The notes under the pieces: generated by a model
Seen by the model: the letters and a program-made list of their open reading frames with translations, nothing else
The model's database searches: none
Told to the model about the DNA's origin: nothing
Assembly: GCF_009914755.1 (NCBI RefSeq)
Contig: NC_060930.1
Length of the DNA: 64,000 nucleotides
Source of the DNA: the human T2T-CHM13v2.0 reference genome, Homo sapiens
Direction: 5' to 3' (one strand)
Made by a program: the position numbers and the translations under genes
In this document: one piece after another, positions 1 to 16,640 of the stretch
Position numbering within the stretch: the stretch's first letter is position 1
How the letters are laid out: the number at the start of each line of letters is the position of its first letter

Positions 1-194
1 TTCTGTCACTGCTATTCTGTATGTTTGTTATCAGATCAAATGAGACGCCTGCATGCGGTAGCACCTTAAAAACGTTAGAATGCTCTGTACATGTAGAGAA
101 ATGGAACTTCTCTCACAGATACTTGATAGTGAGATAAAGTGGCACGGGTCATTTCATGTCCAGTGTCATCATACAGATGTAAAATCCCACCTTG

Positions 195-374
195 GAAATG
201 TAGGTGACCACATGTAGAATTTTACCTCTGCCTGCTCATGAGACCCTGTGCAAAGGACTCAGCTAAGTCATGCTCAGGCTTCTGATCCACAGAAGCTGTG
301 AGATAATAAATTTATGTTGTTTAAAGCTGCTAAATTTGTGGTAATTTGTTACACAGCAATAGACAACTAATACA
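195..374 (+). mobile_element. MLT1-family (MaLR) LTR 3' part
   Basis: Typical end ...GTGAGATAATAAATTTATGTTG...GCAATAGACAACTAATACA. Confidence 0.75.
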
Positions 375-579
375 GTGTTCAATCTCAAATGTAAAATAAC
401 ATTTTACATAACAGAATGCTATGTGTAGGCTTGAGTGAGTGAGAGAGAGTGTGTGTGTGTGTATGTATGTGTGTTCCAAAGGAAACGTATTTTAAAATGA
501 AATACATTTTAACATATGGTTTTCAAAAAGCTGAGAAACTGATGATAAATTTACACTTGTTGCTGCAACATCTCAATAT

Positions 580-1483
580 TGTAAACCAAAAATAAAATTC
601 TAAGACCCCCCCAACCAATTGACTGAAACCCCCTCTCAGTCAAGGGCATTCCAAAGTAAACCTGAAAAACTAGTTCAGGCCATGATGGGAATGGGGGATT
701 AGACACACCTCATTATACCCTTCTCTCTTTGGAATTGGGGCACAATGGACCAGCATTAACACTACAACAGAGATCTCAAGACTGACCAAAGAGATTCTTT
801 GTGGCAATAAGGTATATCACAAAATCATAGATAGCAGGCCCTAAAAGAAATAGAAAGTATTTTACCCTGAAATATATTTCTTTGATGTATTTTAAAATGG
901 CCCTGCAAAGCTGTCTCTTGTGGGAGAAATCTACATTCTATAAAGAATCCTCTTCCCTTTCCAGGTCTTTTTCTGATCCCAGAAAGACTAACTAAAAGTC
1001 TGGAACCTTTAAAAGTCTGATAAGAAATATTTACCATCTAATCTCTCTGAAGCCTGCTACTTGGAGGATTCATCTGCATAATAAGAACCCTGGTCTCCAC
1101 AACCCCTTATCTTCATTCAGACATTCCTTTCTATATTGATTCCAGTTCTTTAGATAATAACTTAACACTTTCAACCAATTGCCAATCAGAAAATCTTTAA
1201 ATCCACCTATAACTGGAAGCTGCCCTGCCACCATCACTGCTTTGAGTTGTTCTGCCTTTCTGGACCAAACCAATGTACACCTTATATGTATCAATTGATG
1301 TCTGCTTGTAACTTCTGACCCCCTAAAATGTATAAGACCAAGCTGTAACCCAACCATCTGCGTACATGTTCTCCGACCCTCCTGAAGCTGTGTCATTGGC
1401 ATGCCCTTATTCTTGACAAAATAAACTTCTAAATTGATTGAGAAAAAAAATTTAAAAAAATAAAAACCTGATTTTCTTGGTCA
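580..1483 (+). mobile_element. MER4-family ERV1 solo LTR
   Basis: Starts TGTAAACCAAAAATAAAATTCTAAG...; AATAAA near 1420; terminal part degraded or interrupted by an A-rich tract. Confidence 0.8.
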
Positions 1484-2769
1484 GAGCTGGGCTACTACTT
1501 GCTTGCCATATGATCTTGCACACATTATTTATGGAGTTTTTTATGTTTCACTTTCTGTTTTTTAAATAAGAACAACTCCACTAACTTCAGAGTCTTATGA
1601 GAATAAAATGATAAAAGGTATGTGAATATGCTTAGCATACTATTTGGCCATGCTAGAAGACTATAAGGTTAGGTTTTGTTTATTTGTTTGTTTGCTCCTT
1701 TCTTGGTGTTCACTGGGTTCAATGGCTAAGTTCTATTACATGTTAACCTTGTCGTTTAGTATAGAAAACAATGTGAGATTTAGCATGATTATTGAAACAG
1801 CAAATCTTCAGAAATCCAACAAACCTATGGCACTCAAACAGCTTAGTAAAACCTACCCAACAAAATTTAAGAAGTCTTGGAAGCAGATGGTTTGGGGCAT
1901 CTAGGCTCCAGCCCAGGGGCATTTTTGCTGGCATTTGTGAGACTTTTCAAAAACAATAAGCAGTCAACATTGTTCAAGGCTCATTTTTTCCCTGCCTTCT
2001 GAGGTGACTACTTGAGCAACATCTTTCAGATAATTCTAATCTAAGAAGAATTTTTTATTTTAACCTTTTAAAAAGGCAATAAAATAAGACATCTATTTTT
2101 TCTCCAAATAGCTTTGTACGATAACCTCTATTTATTAGGACATTTGAAAGTTTCTTACCATATATTCTAGCCAAGGCCATCTTTTTTTTATGAAACATTG
2201 TTAGAATTAAATCCCAGAATTTCAGATGAGCTTTCCCTTACACTGTCATATTTCACCTTACCTCTTAACTTTTAAGGGACTGTCCATGAATACCTGAGCC
2301 CCAACATCTCAGTCACTTGGCACTGGAGAAAAATCATAGTGCCACCCACCTATCTTCTGAATCAATGTATCTGAATGTTTAATATTTTCCATTTGTTTTA
2401 CAATTTCTTACAAAATAAATTATTTTCCCATTGAGGAAAAGAAAGATTTTTATGCATTTGCATGAAAAGGTTTCAAAGATATTGTTAAATGGAAAAAAAG
2501 GGCACAGTAAAGTAAAAAATAGCTTGCATATCGAGATCTCATGTGCATGGAAATGCATGGGCAAAAGCCTACAGGAGCACAGTGGTGGATGCTGGTAACC
2601 TATGGAAGGTGAGTGGAGTGTGAGCAGAGAGGGGGCCTGTCACCTTTAGTCATATATACTTCCATAATAGTAAAATTTTTTAAACTCAGGCTATATCCCC
2701 ACACTATTTAATTTTTAAAATTGTTTTTAACTGGGCGTGGGCAGGAGGCATGCATTCCTTGACCAATAG

Positions 2770-3032
<263 letters not shown>

Positions 3033-3612
3033 AATAGAGGCATTTTTAATTTACGAGCCCATGGGAGAAGCCCATGTGCCTATACTCAAATGCCAGCTCC
3101 TCACAATGACCCCAAACATTCTGTCTAAAGTGCCCTCTCATCTTCCAGTCTGTTCCTGTTTCTGTTTTTTCCCTCATGATACTTGCTACGATCCAAAATT
3201 AATAAGTATCTGTTGGCCTCTGTTTTCTCCCAGCTAGAATACAGGCATTATGAGGGCAGGAGTCTCATCAATCTTGTTCAGTTTTCATCTCCAGTGTCTA
3301 GAGGAGAATCGAGCATTGAGTAGATGCTCAACAAATATTTGAATAAATATAAGAATGAATGAGACAAATGCCCTTGTGCCATTATTGTCTGCTATAAAAC
3401 TCTGAAGGAGCAGGGGCTGCAAGCAAAAATGGCAGTGGGCCCAAGTTTTACATCTGCTTCCAAAGTACTATTTCTTATTTGTTAGAGAAGACATTTGTTT
3501 CAAGAGATCTAAGAGAAAATTTGCCTGGTGGAAGATCCTAGCAGCCCCAGACTCTGAACAGGAAGTGTCTACCAACCAGATATTGGCCCAGCTCCCACAC
3601 AGCATAAGACAA

Positions 3613-3650
3613 TGTATTAATCAGGGCTCTCCAGAGAAACAGAACCAATT

Positions 3651-3702
<52 letters not shown>

Positions 3703-4338
3703 AGAAAGAGAGAGATTGATGTTAAGAAATTGGCTCACACAGTTGTGGAGCCTGGCAAGTTCAAAATCTGCAGGGTAGGCAGGTAGGCTGGAGACCCAGG
3801 GCAGAGCTGATATTGCAACTCAAGTCTGAAGACGGTCTAGAGGCAGAATTCCCTCTTCCTTGGGGAAACTCAGTCTTTTTTCTCTTGAGGCCTTCAACTG
3901 ATTGGATGAGGCCTACCACATTGTGGAGGATAATCTGCTTTACCTGAAGTCCACTTTGAATTTAAGTGTTAATCTCATCTTAAAAAAAGAAAAAAAGAAG
4001 AAGAAAAAACACTCAGCTGAGCACTGTGACTCACACCTGTAACTGCAGCACTCTGGGAGGCCAAGGCAGGTGGATCACCTGAGCTCAGAGTTCGAGACCA
4101 GCCTGGGCAACATGATGAAACCCTGTCTCTACAAAAAAAAATGCAAACGTTAGCCAGGCGCCATGGCACCTGTATGTAATCCCCAGCTATTCAGGAGGCA
4201 GAGGCATGAGAAATGCTTGAACCCAGATGGTCAAGGCTACAGTGAGTGGAGATCCTGCCACTGCACTCCAGCGACTAGTGTTTTGACTAATCTGGGTACC
4301 ATTGCCTAGCCAGGTTGAAACACAAAATTCATCATCAT
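3613..4338 (-). mobile_element. MLT2 (ERVL) LTR containing a (TG)n tract (3655-3700), interrupted by an Alu
   Basis: TGTATTAATCAGGGCTCTCCAGAGAAACAGAACCAAT... and resumes after 4272 with CCTAGCCAGGTTGAAACACAAAATT. Confidence 0.8.
4015..4272 (+). mobile_element. Old Alu (AluJ-like), 3' end and poly(A) deleted
   Basis: Two-arm Alu sequence ending at CTGCACTCCAGC with no tail. Confidence 0.85.
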
Positions 4339-4793
4339 GGGCAGGATGACGGAACCTCAGCTGGAGCCTTAGCTGTGTAGGTAACACAGAGAGTATCCTG
4401 TGGTGAAAAAATTAGAAACAGACATTGTGTGAGAAAGAAGGGGCAAGTTTTGTGTAACATCCTGACAAATTTTGAATCTCTGTTAATCCTCTTTTATGCA
4501 AGTATCAGAAGATCACTTCATGTTCAGCCATAGGAGCCCTTTCCTCATAGCCCCATATCAGCCAAGCGCATATAGATAAAGCTGCAGGCAAAGATAAGGC
4601 GTCTCTGAATCCCCAGCTGTGTCTGTAGGGACACTCTTCCTTAGTGCCACTATATTCCTCATACTAGTAAGGAAGTCAGCCAATTCTACTCAATGTACAA
4701 GTAAGTACATTGAAATGCAGACTATCTAAATAAGCAAACTGAAGAGGCACACTGGGAAAGTTATCCAGATAATTCAGGATAAAATTCAGCAGG

Positions 4794-5180
4794 TGTCTTG
4801 GTCTGTTTTGTGCTGCTTTAACAGAATAGTGAAGACTGGATGATTTATAAAGAATAGAAATGTATGTCCCACAGTTCTAGAAGCTGGGTAACCAAGATCA
4901 AGGTGCCAGCATGTAGTGACTAGTGAGGGCCTTCTTGCTGCACCATCCCAAGGCAAAAAGTGGAAGGACAGAAGGGGGATGAATGCTGTGTCCTCACTTG
5001 GCGGAAGTGCAGAAAAGAGCAAACCCACTCCCATAACCCTTTTTATACTGACATTAATCCATTCATAAAGGCAGACCCCTCCTGACCTAAACACCTCTCC
5101 AAGGCCCTACCACCCAACACTGTTGCATTGGGGATTAAATTTCCAACATATGAATTTTGGGGACACATTCAAACCAGGCA
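4794..5180 (-). mobile_element. MST/MLT1A-type MaLR LTR
   Basis: TGTCTTGGTCTGTTTTGTGCTGCT...CACAGTTCTAGAAGCTGG...TGAATTTTGGGGACACATTCAAACC. Confidence 0.8.
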
Positions 5181-7081
5181 AGTTTGAAAAGCTTATATTT
5201 GGGGTTTACATTATTCCACCTGGTGAACTTCACCAGTTAGACTCCATTTATGACACAGCTCAGGTGAATGTTCTGTTATCCCGGTTGTTCAATCAAGATC
5301 CATTGAGCTGTAGTGGGTGGGGGAAGTGAATCAGGAGCAAACACTTCAGGAAAGTGAGGTTAAATGAAAGAAAGGCTGAGCTAGGCACGGAGAACCTGAA
5401 TTCTAGATTTTAACACCTCTCTTGATCATTTGGGACAAGTCACGTAACCCTAAGCCTCAGTTTCCTCTCTGATTCTCCTTTAGCCCTATAGTTTCATGGG
5501 ATGTCTAATCTCAGACACTCTGCTGGCCATGTGGCCTCAGATCCCTCTCCTAATGCCTAATATGTGTTAGCACCCTTGTGCTTTCAAATATCTGCTACTA
5601 CTGCTAGTTTTATTTCTACCACTTAAAGAATGGAAAACCCATATTTAAAAAAAATTGATTTCCCCCACAATAGTGTGTCTGAATACAGATTCTGAATTGC
5701 TTTACACATATACTGTATGTTTATCTAATTATAAGTAGAAAATAATATTGTGCCAGTGATAAAAATGAAGCTAGGAACTATCAAGAGAGCCTGGTCCTAT
5801 TTCCAAATACCATTATATGCTTTAGTATTTTGGTTTCAAATCAGCTTCCAATATTTGGGGAGTCAGTTTTTCTTTTTTGATATTTTTTCTGCTCAACTGT
5901 TTCAGAAAATCTCTTGTTGCTATGGAAGTCAAATGGGATTTTTCATCTGTTTTAAAATCATCTCCTCATGCCTTTACAATTAAAAGTCATAGCTAATTAT
6001 AATGCTTACCTACTGAATGTGGATCCCATATTAAACAAAAGAAAATATATGTTCATAATGTCAGGTTCGTAAGAAAAAGAATTTTTTTAATTTAATTATT
6101 TTACCAGACTTTAAGTCTTTCCCATTCTTACACATCCCATTTGAATGACACTAAAATGTATAAAATCAATTATATGAGTTTAATTTGCCCAAGCTTGGTA
6201 TAAAATTTTATTATTCCCTTCCTGAGTATCCGGCTATTCTAATTAATTTTCTCCTCCTTATCAGCGGATTTAATGATTCACTTCCATGCCCCTCTTTTGC
6301 CAAGTGCGTCAGCGTGTATTGTTAGCCAGAGGTGTCTCCATGGCTGTTAAGAAGCTCTGACTCGGTGAAGAAACAGAAGCAGTGTGCTGAGCAGGAGAAG
6401 AGGGATGAGGTCATGCCTTTGAGCACCGACTATAACCTTTATGTTGCTCTTGGTTTTTGTAATGCACACATATGCACATGCAAATATACATGTGCACACA
6501 AAAATGCATGCCTAGCTATATGAATTCTCATGTCAGAAATGAGTGGCGAGTGAAGATCAGAACAGATTTCACATTTTTAACCTAGTCTAAATTCAGCTCC
6601 TTTGCAGAACTTCATCTGAGTAATCCCTTTTAAATCTGAGCCCTCCAGTTACTCCAGATTTTCTTAGCACTTAGTTAGTTACGTGCATGCCTCTGCTGTC
6701 ATAGCAAAGTCACAGGCTGACATCCACAGCAGGGAAGATAAGTAACAAATGCATGAACTTGTGGCACAAGATCAAGCACTGGGTGTACAGCTCATGACTG
6801 GCATTGAGGAACATGGTAAAAAAGGAAGGGAAATAAAGCAAGTAAGATTTTTGTTTGAACATTAAGGAGAATTTTTTGGTTAGGTACAGTGGAACAGTTT
6901 ATAAAATGTGGTAGTATGATCCCCAATCCTGGAGCACATAAAGAAGAAAATAAAAAAACATTTTCCTGGAGTTGCTTGGGTCAGAAATGTCAGAGATGCA
7001 GTGCAAATCATCTTATCAGCTATTTGAGAATGGTCAGATGTAGACATGAAGAGATTAACATAATTATTCATTCTATAAATA

Positions 7082-8609
<1,528 letters not shown>

Positions 8610-10106
8610 TACTTATTAAGCACCTATTATATGCCCAACTCTCTGTTAGGCCCTGGAGACACAATAAACAGACTCTATTTTCAAAGCCCCCATGGTCTTA
8701 GGGGTAGGACAAACAGACAAGCAAAAATTACTCTACAGTTCAGGACATCATTCTAGAAAACCCTAGAAGAGAAGTTGCACTGGGTGCTATGGAGAAGAAG
8801 AGAGGCACCTTCCCTGGAGCAACGGTATGCTAGGGAAGTCTTCCTGACAATATCCAGTCTTCTAGTTTGAAAAACAAAATCATCATGTGACCGTGAAGAA
8901 AGCTCATATAGCCATTTGCATGACTGAAAAAATATGCGTTGGAATCGTATCTGGGGGCATGGGGCAGATTGCATTACTAACACATAAGACAAATCAGGAA
9001 TATTTACAATTATCCTTAAAAATCCTACATATTGCTCATAAAGTACTAAGTGCATGAATATGTGCATAGTTTTATGTTGTGGCTATATTTAGTAAGTAAT
9101 ATATATGCCTAAATATGCCATCCATGCAATAAATGTAAGAATCACACTCTGTGGCAAGATGCTCTCAGTGTGAGACACAAGGAAAATGTGATAGCAGGTG
9201 ATATACTCATTTAGTGATATAGCAGAACTGTCTGCAGTACTTAAATTCTTTCTCTCTTTCTCTGCCTTTATATTTTCTTTCAAGCATGGGTGGTTACATT
9301 TGTCTAAGTTAAACCTCTCTTTATAACAGTAAAGTTGTAAACTTTGTCTAAGCTGTAAACTTCTCCTTACAACAGAAATAAGTTACAGTTTGAACAAAGT
9401 TTTTGAAAATTTTTTAAATCATCTTAAAATAATGATCCACAGTACTGAAGAACTCAATGAAAGAGTAATTACAAATTGCTAATGTTTATTAATTCTTAAG
9501 GTTCCTTATATTTTAATGCCTTGCAATAATGAATTATTTAAATCATAGGAATTATAACTTGCACATAAAATTATAGTCAATAATTTTAAATTAATAAATG
9601 AAACAACATAGTACTAGTAAAAGAAAGAAAAAGGAACATATTTAGAGATATATTCTTCAAATTTATTGAACTTCATTCACCCACAGATTTTGTTGTTCGA
9701 GCTGTTGCTTCAGAACCAAATCTGCTCAATGAATATCACCTTCTGCCTCATTTCCCTCATCTTTATAGGTCAAATTCCCTATCACTGCCTCCACTCCATG
9801 CCATATGTGGGCTTCCAGACCAAATCTGACTTGAGGGACTCAGCATCCCGGGGCTTTCCACCTCCTTCACTGAAGCCACCTGAGGGGCTCCTCCGTCCAT
9901 CCTGGGCATGCTCACTGCTCCTCTGACAGAGCAAGCCATTGACTTGAAGCAGTTCTCAGAGTCTCACCGTCTCTGCAGGAGTGTTCCTACCTGATAATGA
10001 GGCTCTCACTCCTGGCATGGAATCTATCCCACTCCCCCGACTTTCTATGAGTTCCAGTTCAGAGGTTCTCAATGATTCTCAACTGAGAACACTAGAACTT
10101 CTTAGT

Positions 10107-10292
10107 ACAGTGGTTCTCAAATTTGGTTTCACGTTTTATTCATCTGGGAAGTTCTGTATTTTTTTTTAATACCGGTGCCTAGCCATCACCCACATAAATT
10201 CTGATTTAATCGTTCTGGAATAGGTTTGAGTCATCAAGAGTTTGTAGAAATTTCCCAGGTGGTTCTAATGTGCAGTCAGGGCTGAAGACCAC
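10107..10292. mobile_element. MER5A-type hAT MITE
   Basis: CAGTGGTTCTCAAA...TTCTAATGTGCAGTCAGGGCTGAAGACCACT inverted ends. Confidence 0.75.
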
Positions 10293-10444
10293 TATCTTTG
10301 CAGGCTTCTTGCAGGCCTCACCTTCCCAGTCAATGCCAAGAGCCAAACCAGTCCATCCAGGGGTCTACATACACACACACAGACACACACCAAACTTGCT
10401 ATAAGTAAATAGCTCAAGGAATGATAGCAAATATATGGTCTTCC

Positions 10445-10760
10445 TTATTCTAAGTGAAGTAACTCAGGAATGTAAAACCAAACACTGTACGTCCTCACTC
10501 ATAAGTGGAAGCTAAGCTATAAGGATGCAAAGGCATAAGAATGATACAATGGACTCTGGGGACTCGGGGGAAAGGGTAGGAGGGGGCTGAGGGATAAAAG
10601 AATGCAAATTGGTTATAGTGTATACTTCTCAGGTGATGGATGCATCAAAATGTCAGAAATCACTACTAAAGAACTTATTCATATAACCAAACACCACCTG
10701 TTCCCCAAAAACCTATGGAAATAAAAAAGAAATAGGAATTCTCTAACACCCACAAAAAAA
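10445..10760 (+). mobile_element. L1PB-type 3' end with short 3' transduction
   Basis: L1PB 3' UTR ending CCTATGGAAATAAAAA, then 25 extra nt and a second A tract; TSD AAATATATGGTCTTCC (10429) / AAATAGATGGTCTTCC (10760). Confidence 0.8.
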
Positions 10761-12659
10761 AATAGATGGTCTTCCCCTATATCTAAGTTGTTCTAGTTGA
10801 TCCAGTCTTTCTTGGAGGGTGGTATAAAATGAAAGGATGGGTGGTTTCAAATTTTTCAGACTCCGAAAAAAAAATGAATACAGGATCTGGGTGGGAAATA
10901 ATATTACTAAGAAGAGGGAAGAAGGAAAACAGCTGAAAATAAAGTCAGGTTAAGTGATTGAGTCCAAGGTAAAATGTTATAACATAAGAAGAAAGAGAAA
11001 AGTAAGAAGGAAATAATTGAGATATTTTAGGAAAGTTAATGTTATTTAAATGAACAGACTTACAAATAAGGAAACTCTCCATCCAGTTATTAGCATCATC
11101 CAATGACTGAGGCACTGTGGATAATGCAAAGTATACAGGTCCTGAGCCAAAGTGGACAGATGGAATCTCATCTCTACCTCTTTCCAGCTCTGGAATCTTG
11201 GGCAATTGTGGGAGACTTTCCAAGATTCCCACAGCAAGATCTTTTCTCACACATTATCTTCTTACAATATGAGATTGAATCTCCTCCTGTTTTGAGGTAG
11301 GATCTGTCCTTCCCATCCCTTGAGTCTAGGAGGTAAGTACAGGGGTGTGTAAGACGGTGTGGGAGCTGAGAAGGAACTTGCTGACATGTGTTTGTTGGGG
11401 ACTGATTCAGAAAAGAGGTGATGCTCAGTCTGAGTATGGAATGCTGAGATGGAGTTTGCCAGGCAGAGAAAAGGTATTTCAAGTAAGGATAACCAACATA
11501 TCTGAAGGCTTGAAGATACAAATGTGCGTTTTCATTACACCAGGGCTTCTGAAACTCAGCTGCATGGACATATTCTTAAAAGATTTAAAGAATTTTTATT
11601 ATTTTAAAGGGTTAATATTTTATTCAAGTTTATTGAACAGATATAATTCTTCATAACCAGAGACAATACAAGGCACATAAAATGCACATATTTTCTAGAG
11701 AAACACAGAGCTTCTGAATTGAAGGGGACCTCGGGATCTTTTATCTCAGCCCCCATGTACCCATGTGCCATGGCTGAGTGATATAGTATAATAAGCAGAA
11801 AGACTGTGAAACCAGACACATAGCTAAAGAGCAAGTGCAATTAAAGGTTAAAATTAGATTATTATTCCTTTTGATGCCCTTCCCCCATGGCATATCACAA
11901 AACATAAAAGCAAAGGCAAGGGAAAAAAACAGCAACTGGGAAGACTATACCCTCTAGCCAACCTATCACAATTATAATGTGGTATTTGAAAGAAGAAAAG
12001 ACATTTCAAAAGGGCACCATTATTAATGCCACCAAGAAGGGATTGGAAAGTTGCAGTTTAAATCATTGATTTTGTGCCAGTTCTCTTGTTTATATAAATA
12101 TCAATTCTCACTGTGAATTATTGCACCTTTATTTAGTTAGGAATACATTTTTAAAATGCCTTGCTAAAAGGTGTGATTCAATGGAGAGAAAGTATTATCA
12201 AGTAGTGCAATGATCCATAAATAGCTATTATTATTATTATTTAACATTCGTTAAACACCCACAGTGAGCTAAGCACTGTACCAAACTTTGGGAGGATGTG
12301 TTTCTTACTCTGACGAGGACAGATTAAATATGCGAAAGAGAGGAAAGCTTAGGATCAGGGAAATTTATTTTTCTACTCCAACATTTCCATGTCAAATTTC
12401 CACTTGTCAAATTAACAAAATTCAAGATATTATAATAGTATTAATAATAGTTATTTCTTGTGTTCAGTGTTTTTTACATTACGAAGTGTTTTATAAACCT
12501 ATCTCATTATATAACTTGGCATATAGTCTCTGGAAGATGTGAGAATAAGAGAGGTAATTTTATTTCAAGAGAAGCATCAGCTGATTTGTTGGAGCATGAA
12601 AGGGCAGTCATACTGAAGGAGAGGGGAGAGTTTTTTTGGATAGGTAGTATATGCAAAAA

Positions 12660-13800
12660 AGAATTGTTCCTCTCACCTGGCTTTCAGCTATCAGTTTCCC
12701 TCCCTGAAAGCAGTCACTGTAATCATGTTTTTGCATATCAATCGAGATAATAAATGAGTTTACTAACATACAGTTTACACATGTGGTATCACACTATGTT
12801 CACTGTTCTGCACCCTATTTTCTCTTACATTTTGGAGATTATTTCATGCTACATTATTATTTTTAATGGTTGCATCCTATTCCATATATAAGTGTACCAC
12901 AATTTATTTAACTGGTCTGTTATTAAAGCATATTTATAGAAATTTTGTCACAATTTTTGTTTCTGAAAAATTCTGCTATTACAAACAATAATTAAATAAG
13001 TAGCTTTGTAGAAACACCTCTGCAAGTATATATGTAAGATAATTTCCTATAAGTGGAATTGCTGAGCCAAAGTGTATGTGCCTTGGTAATTTGGTAGTTG
13101 CTGCTAAATTCCCTCTGGAAAATGTATACTGGCTGCAATTCCTAGCAGCAATGTATGAGTGCCTGTTTCCCCACACTGTCACCAACACAATGTGTTATCA
13201 AAATTTGAGATATTTCATAATCTGATGAGTGAATAGCAGAATCTCATGGTAGTTTCATTTGCATTCCTTCTAAGTATAAGATTGCTTAAGCATTAGTTCA
13301 TAGTTTAACAAAAACATTAGTGGTTCCTTTTCTGTGAACTCTATTTATATTTTCAGTTCTTTTATAGGTGGGTGTTCTTTTTTGAATTGGTTTTTGGCAA
13401 CTCCTTTAATATTGATGAAATTAGTCCTTAATACATAATCTGAATTGCAAATATTTTTCCTAGTGTGGCATTCGTTTTCATTAATGGTATTTTTACGTTA
13501 CAGAGTTATCTAGTTTTAATAACTTAGTGTATTAATCAATCTTTTGTGGCCTCTAAGTTTTGTTTCATGTTCATAAACATCTCTATTAACACAAGATTAT
13601 TTTTTAAAAAGAAACTTCCTAGTTTTCACTTATGATTTTTTATGTAAATTGTTAATACCTTTGGTATTTATTTTATTATGAGGTAGGGATCTAACTTTAT
13701 TTTTTTAATAGATGACTATTAAGTGGTCCCAACTCTATTCATGAATAATTCAACTTTCTTCCATGAGTTTGAAATACTTCTGTCATATACTAAATTCCCT
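12660..13800 (-). mobile_element. Old L1M (L1ME-like) 3' fragment
   Basis: T-rich degenerate L1 ORF2/3' UTR motifs (AAGTGGAATTGCTGAG, CAGCAATGTATGAGTGCCTGTTTCCCCAC). Confidence 0.7.
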
Positions 13801-14329
13801 TGTAGGGGAAGTGCTTTGTAAATGCCATCATTATTCAGTTTAGAAACGCAGACATTCCCCTAGGTTAATTCACTAGAGTTGATGGTTGATAATAACCTAC
13901 TGAATCCAAGCAGATGTGTGGGGCAAGAAACACAGAAACAGCAATATGCAGGAAGCAGGAGGGGTGCCTAGTTGGAATTAAGAGAGCAAATAGGAACAGA
14001 GGAAAAATAAGATTAAAATGTCAGAGAAAAAGTAGGGACAACTCCAAAACAAATACTTTCATGATATAAAAGGTAATGAGAGGACACCTACTCCAACTGC
14101 CCTCCTGATAAAGTTCAAGCTGCATCACATGAACTCCAGGACTTTTCTGGTCTGGTCTCTACCTACCTCTCTAGCCCAGCGTAGATTTCTCACTAATTAT
14201 CTTTCAGGTTTCAGCTTGAACATTATTTTCCGCCATGTACTTCCAAGACTTGGCAAAGAATGAATCAAGTGTTCCTTTTTTGGTCCCTGCAGCATTCTGT
14301 GCATTGTATTGTCTGGTCTCTTTCACCTC

Positions 14330-14810
14330 TGTTGTGGACATTTTTCTTCACTCCCAGCTTTTAGTCATCTCTGTCAGTTACCAAGTTTCTCTCTGGATGA
14401 CTTCTTCTCTTACACTAAGCCCACGTGCTTCTGATGGCACTGACTTGACCCCATCCCTGAGGTCCCACACGTGACCTAGGCAAAGCTGCTTGATACGAGT
14501 CACTCTCCACACCCCAGCCACACCCCAGTGAGTGGTTCAGGGATTGGCATGTGCCCAAGGAGAGCTAATGTGACACAGTGGAACTTGGCCTGGGGAGCCT
14601 GAATGAAAACTCAAACCAGAAGTCATCTTACAACAACGGGGGTCTACAGAGTGGACCAAAAATGAAGTAGAACCAAGAAATGGAGGGACAGGGAAAGCCA
14701 TCTGAAGCCCTGGATCAAACTGGAAACCAATATCATCCCTGGATTATTTCATTACTAATAAATTCCTTGGTTTTCTTCACATTGTTTTAAGCTCAATTTT
14801 CTGTCACTTC
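14330..14810 (+). mobile_element. Old MLT1 LTR
   Basis: GAGTGGTTCAGGGATTGGCATGTG... CCCTGGATCAA ...AATAAATTCC...TTTCTGTCACTT. Confidence 0.55.
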
Positions 14811-15149
14811 TAGAAAACGACTGCAACTTCTTAACAGCTCCTGAAGGTTGTTTCTTAAGGGAAGAAACTGTGTCTTAATGCTATTGTATTCCCAGGGCTC
14901 CATTCCTGGAGCACAGCAACATTCAATAAATATACAGGGAAGAAAAAGGAATAAATAATACGACAAAGTTCTTTTAAATCCTAAAGTAACAACTGCTTCC
15001 AGGTATGGATATTCTACTTATGGAAGATCACTGAGTTGACTGATGGCAGAATCTGGATTCAAATCTAGGCTGACCCGGGCCCAAATCCTTGGTTTGCTCA
15101 CCTGTAAAATGGCAACGCTTTGTGGTTTGATATTAAAATGGTGATGATA

Positions 15150-15978
<829 letters not shown>

Positions 15979-16409
15979 GTAAAATGATAATAATATAACA
16001 GCACATATCAAATACTTATTCTCTGTTAGAACTGATTATTTCACACCTTTTCTCCTGTAGCCTCACTGTTCTTCAGAAACTTTATGGATTATAAAAACCA
16101 TGAACTCTCTAAACTCTAAAAGAAAGGCATCATGGATATGAGCAATTACTCTGATTTCCGCAAATAAAATTGTTTCATTTAGCTTCCAATTGCCTCTGCT
16201 AATGAGAGAACGTAAAATTGTGGATAATCAAAAGTCATTGATATGTGTTTGGAGACCTTGTTGTATGATGAGTTCAGCAGTAAATTTTCCTTGCTAATTT
16301 CATTTTGCCTCCAGTGGCAAAAAAAAAAAAAAATGAGTTTGGATTGTCTGAGCATATGTTAACTGGGTGATGAAAAAGATAATTATTGTGCTGGACATGA
16401 ACAGAAATC

Positions 16410-16640
16410 ATTTTATTTTTTAATTTTATTTTATTTTAGATTCAGAGGGGATGTGCAGGTTTTGACATGGGAATATTGCATGATGCTGAGATTTAGACTC
16501 TAGAGATTCCATCGCCCAAGTAGCGAACACAGGTAGTCTTTTGGAATCCCCAGTGTCTATTACTTCCATCTTTGTATCCATGTATACCCAATGTTTAGCT
16601 CCCACTTATAAGTAAGAACATACAGTATCTGGTTTTCTAG
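16410..16640 (-). mobile_element. L1PA/PB 3' end fragment
   Basis: TTTAGCTCCCACTTATAAGTAAGAACATACAGTATCTGGTTTTCT preceded by a T-rich tail. Confidence 0.75.
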
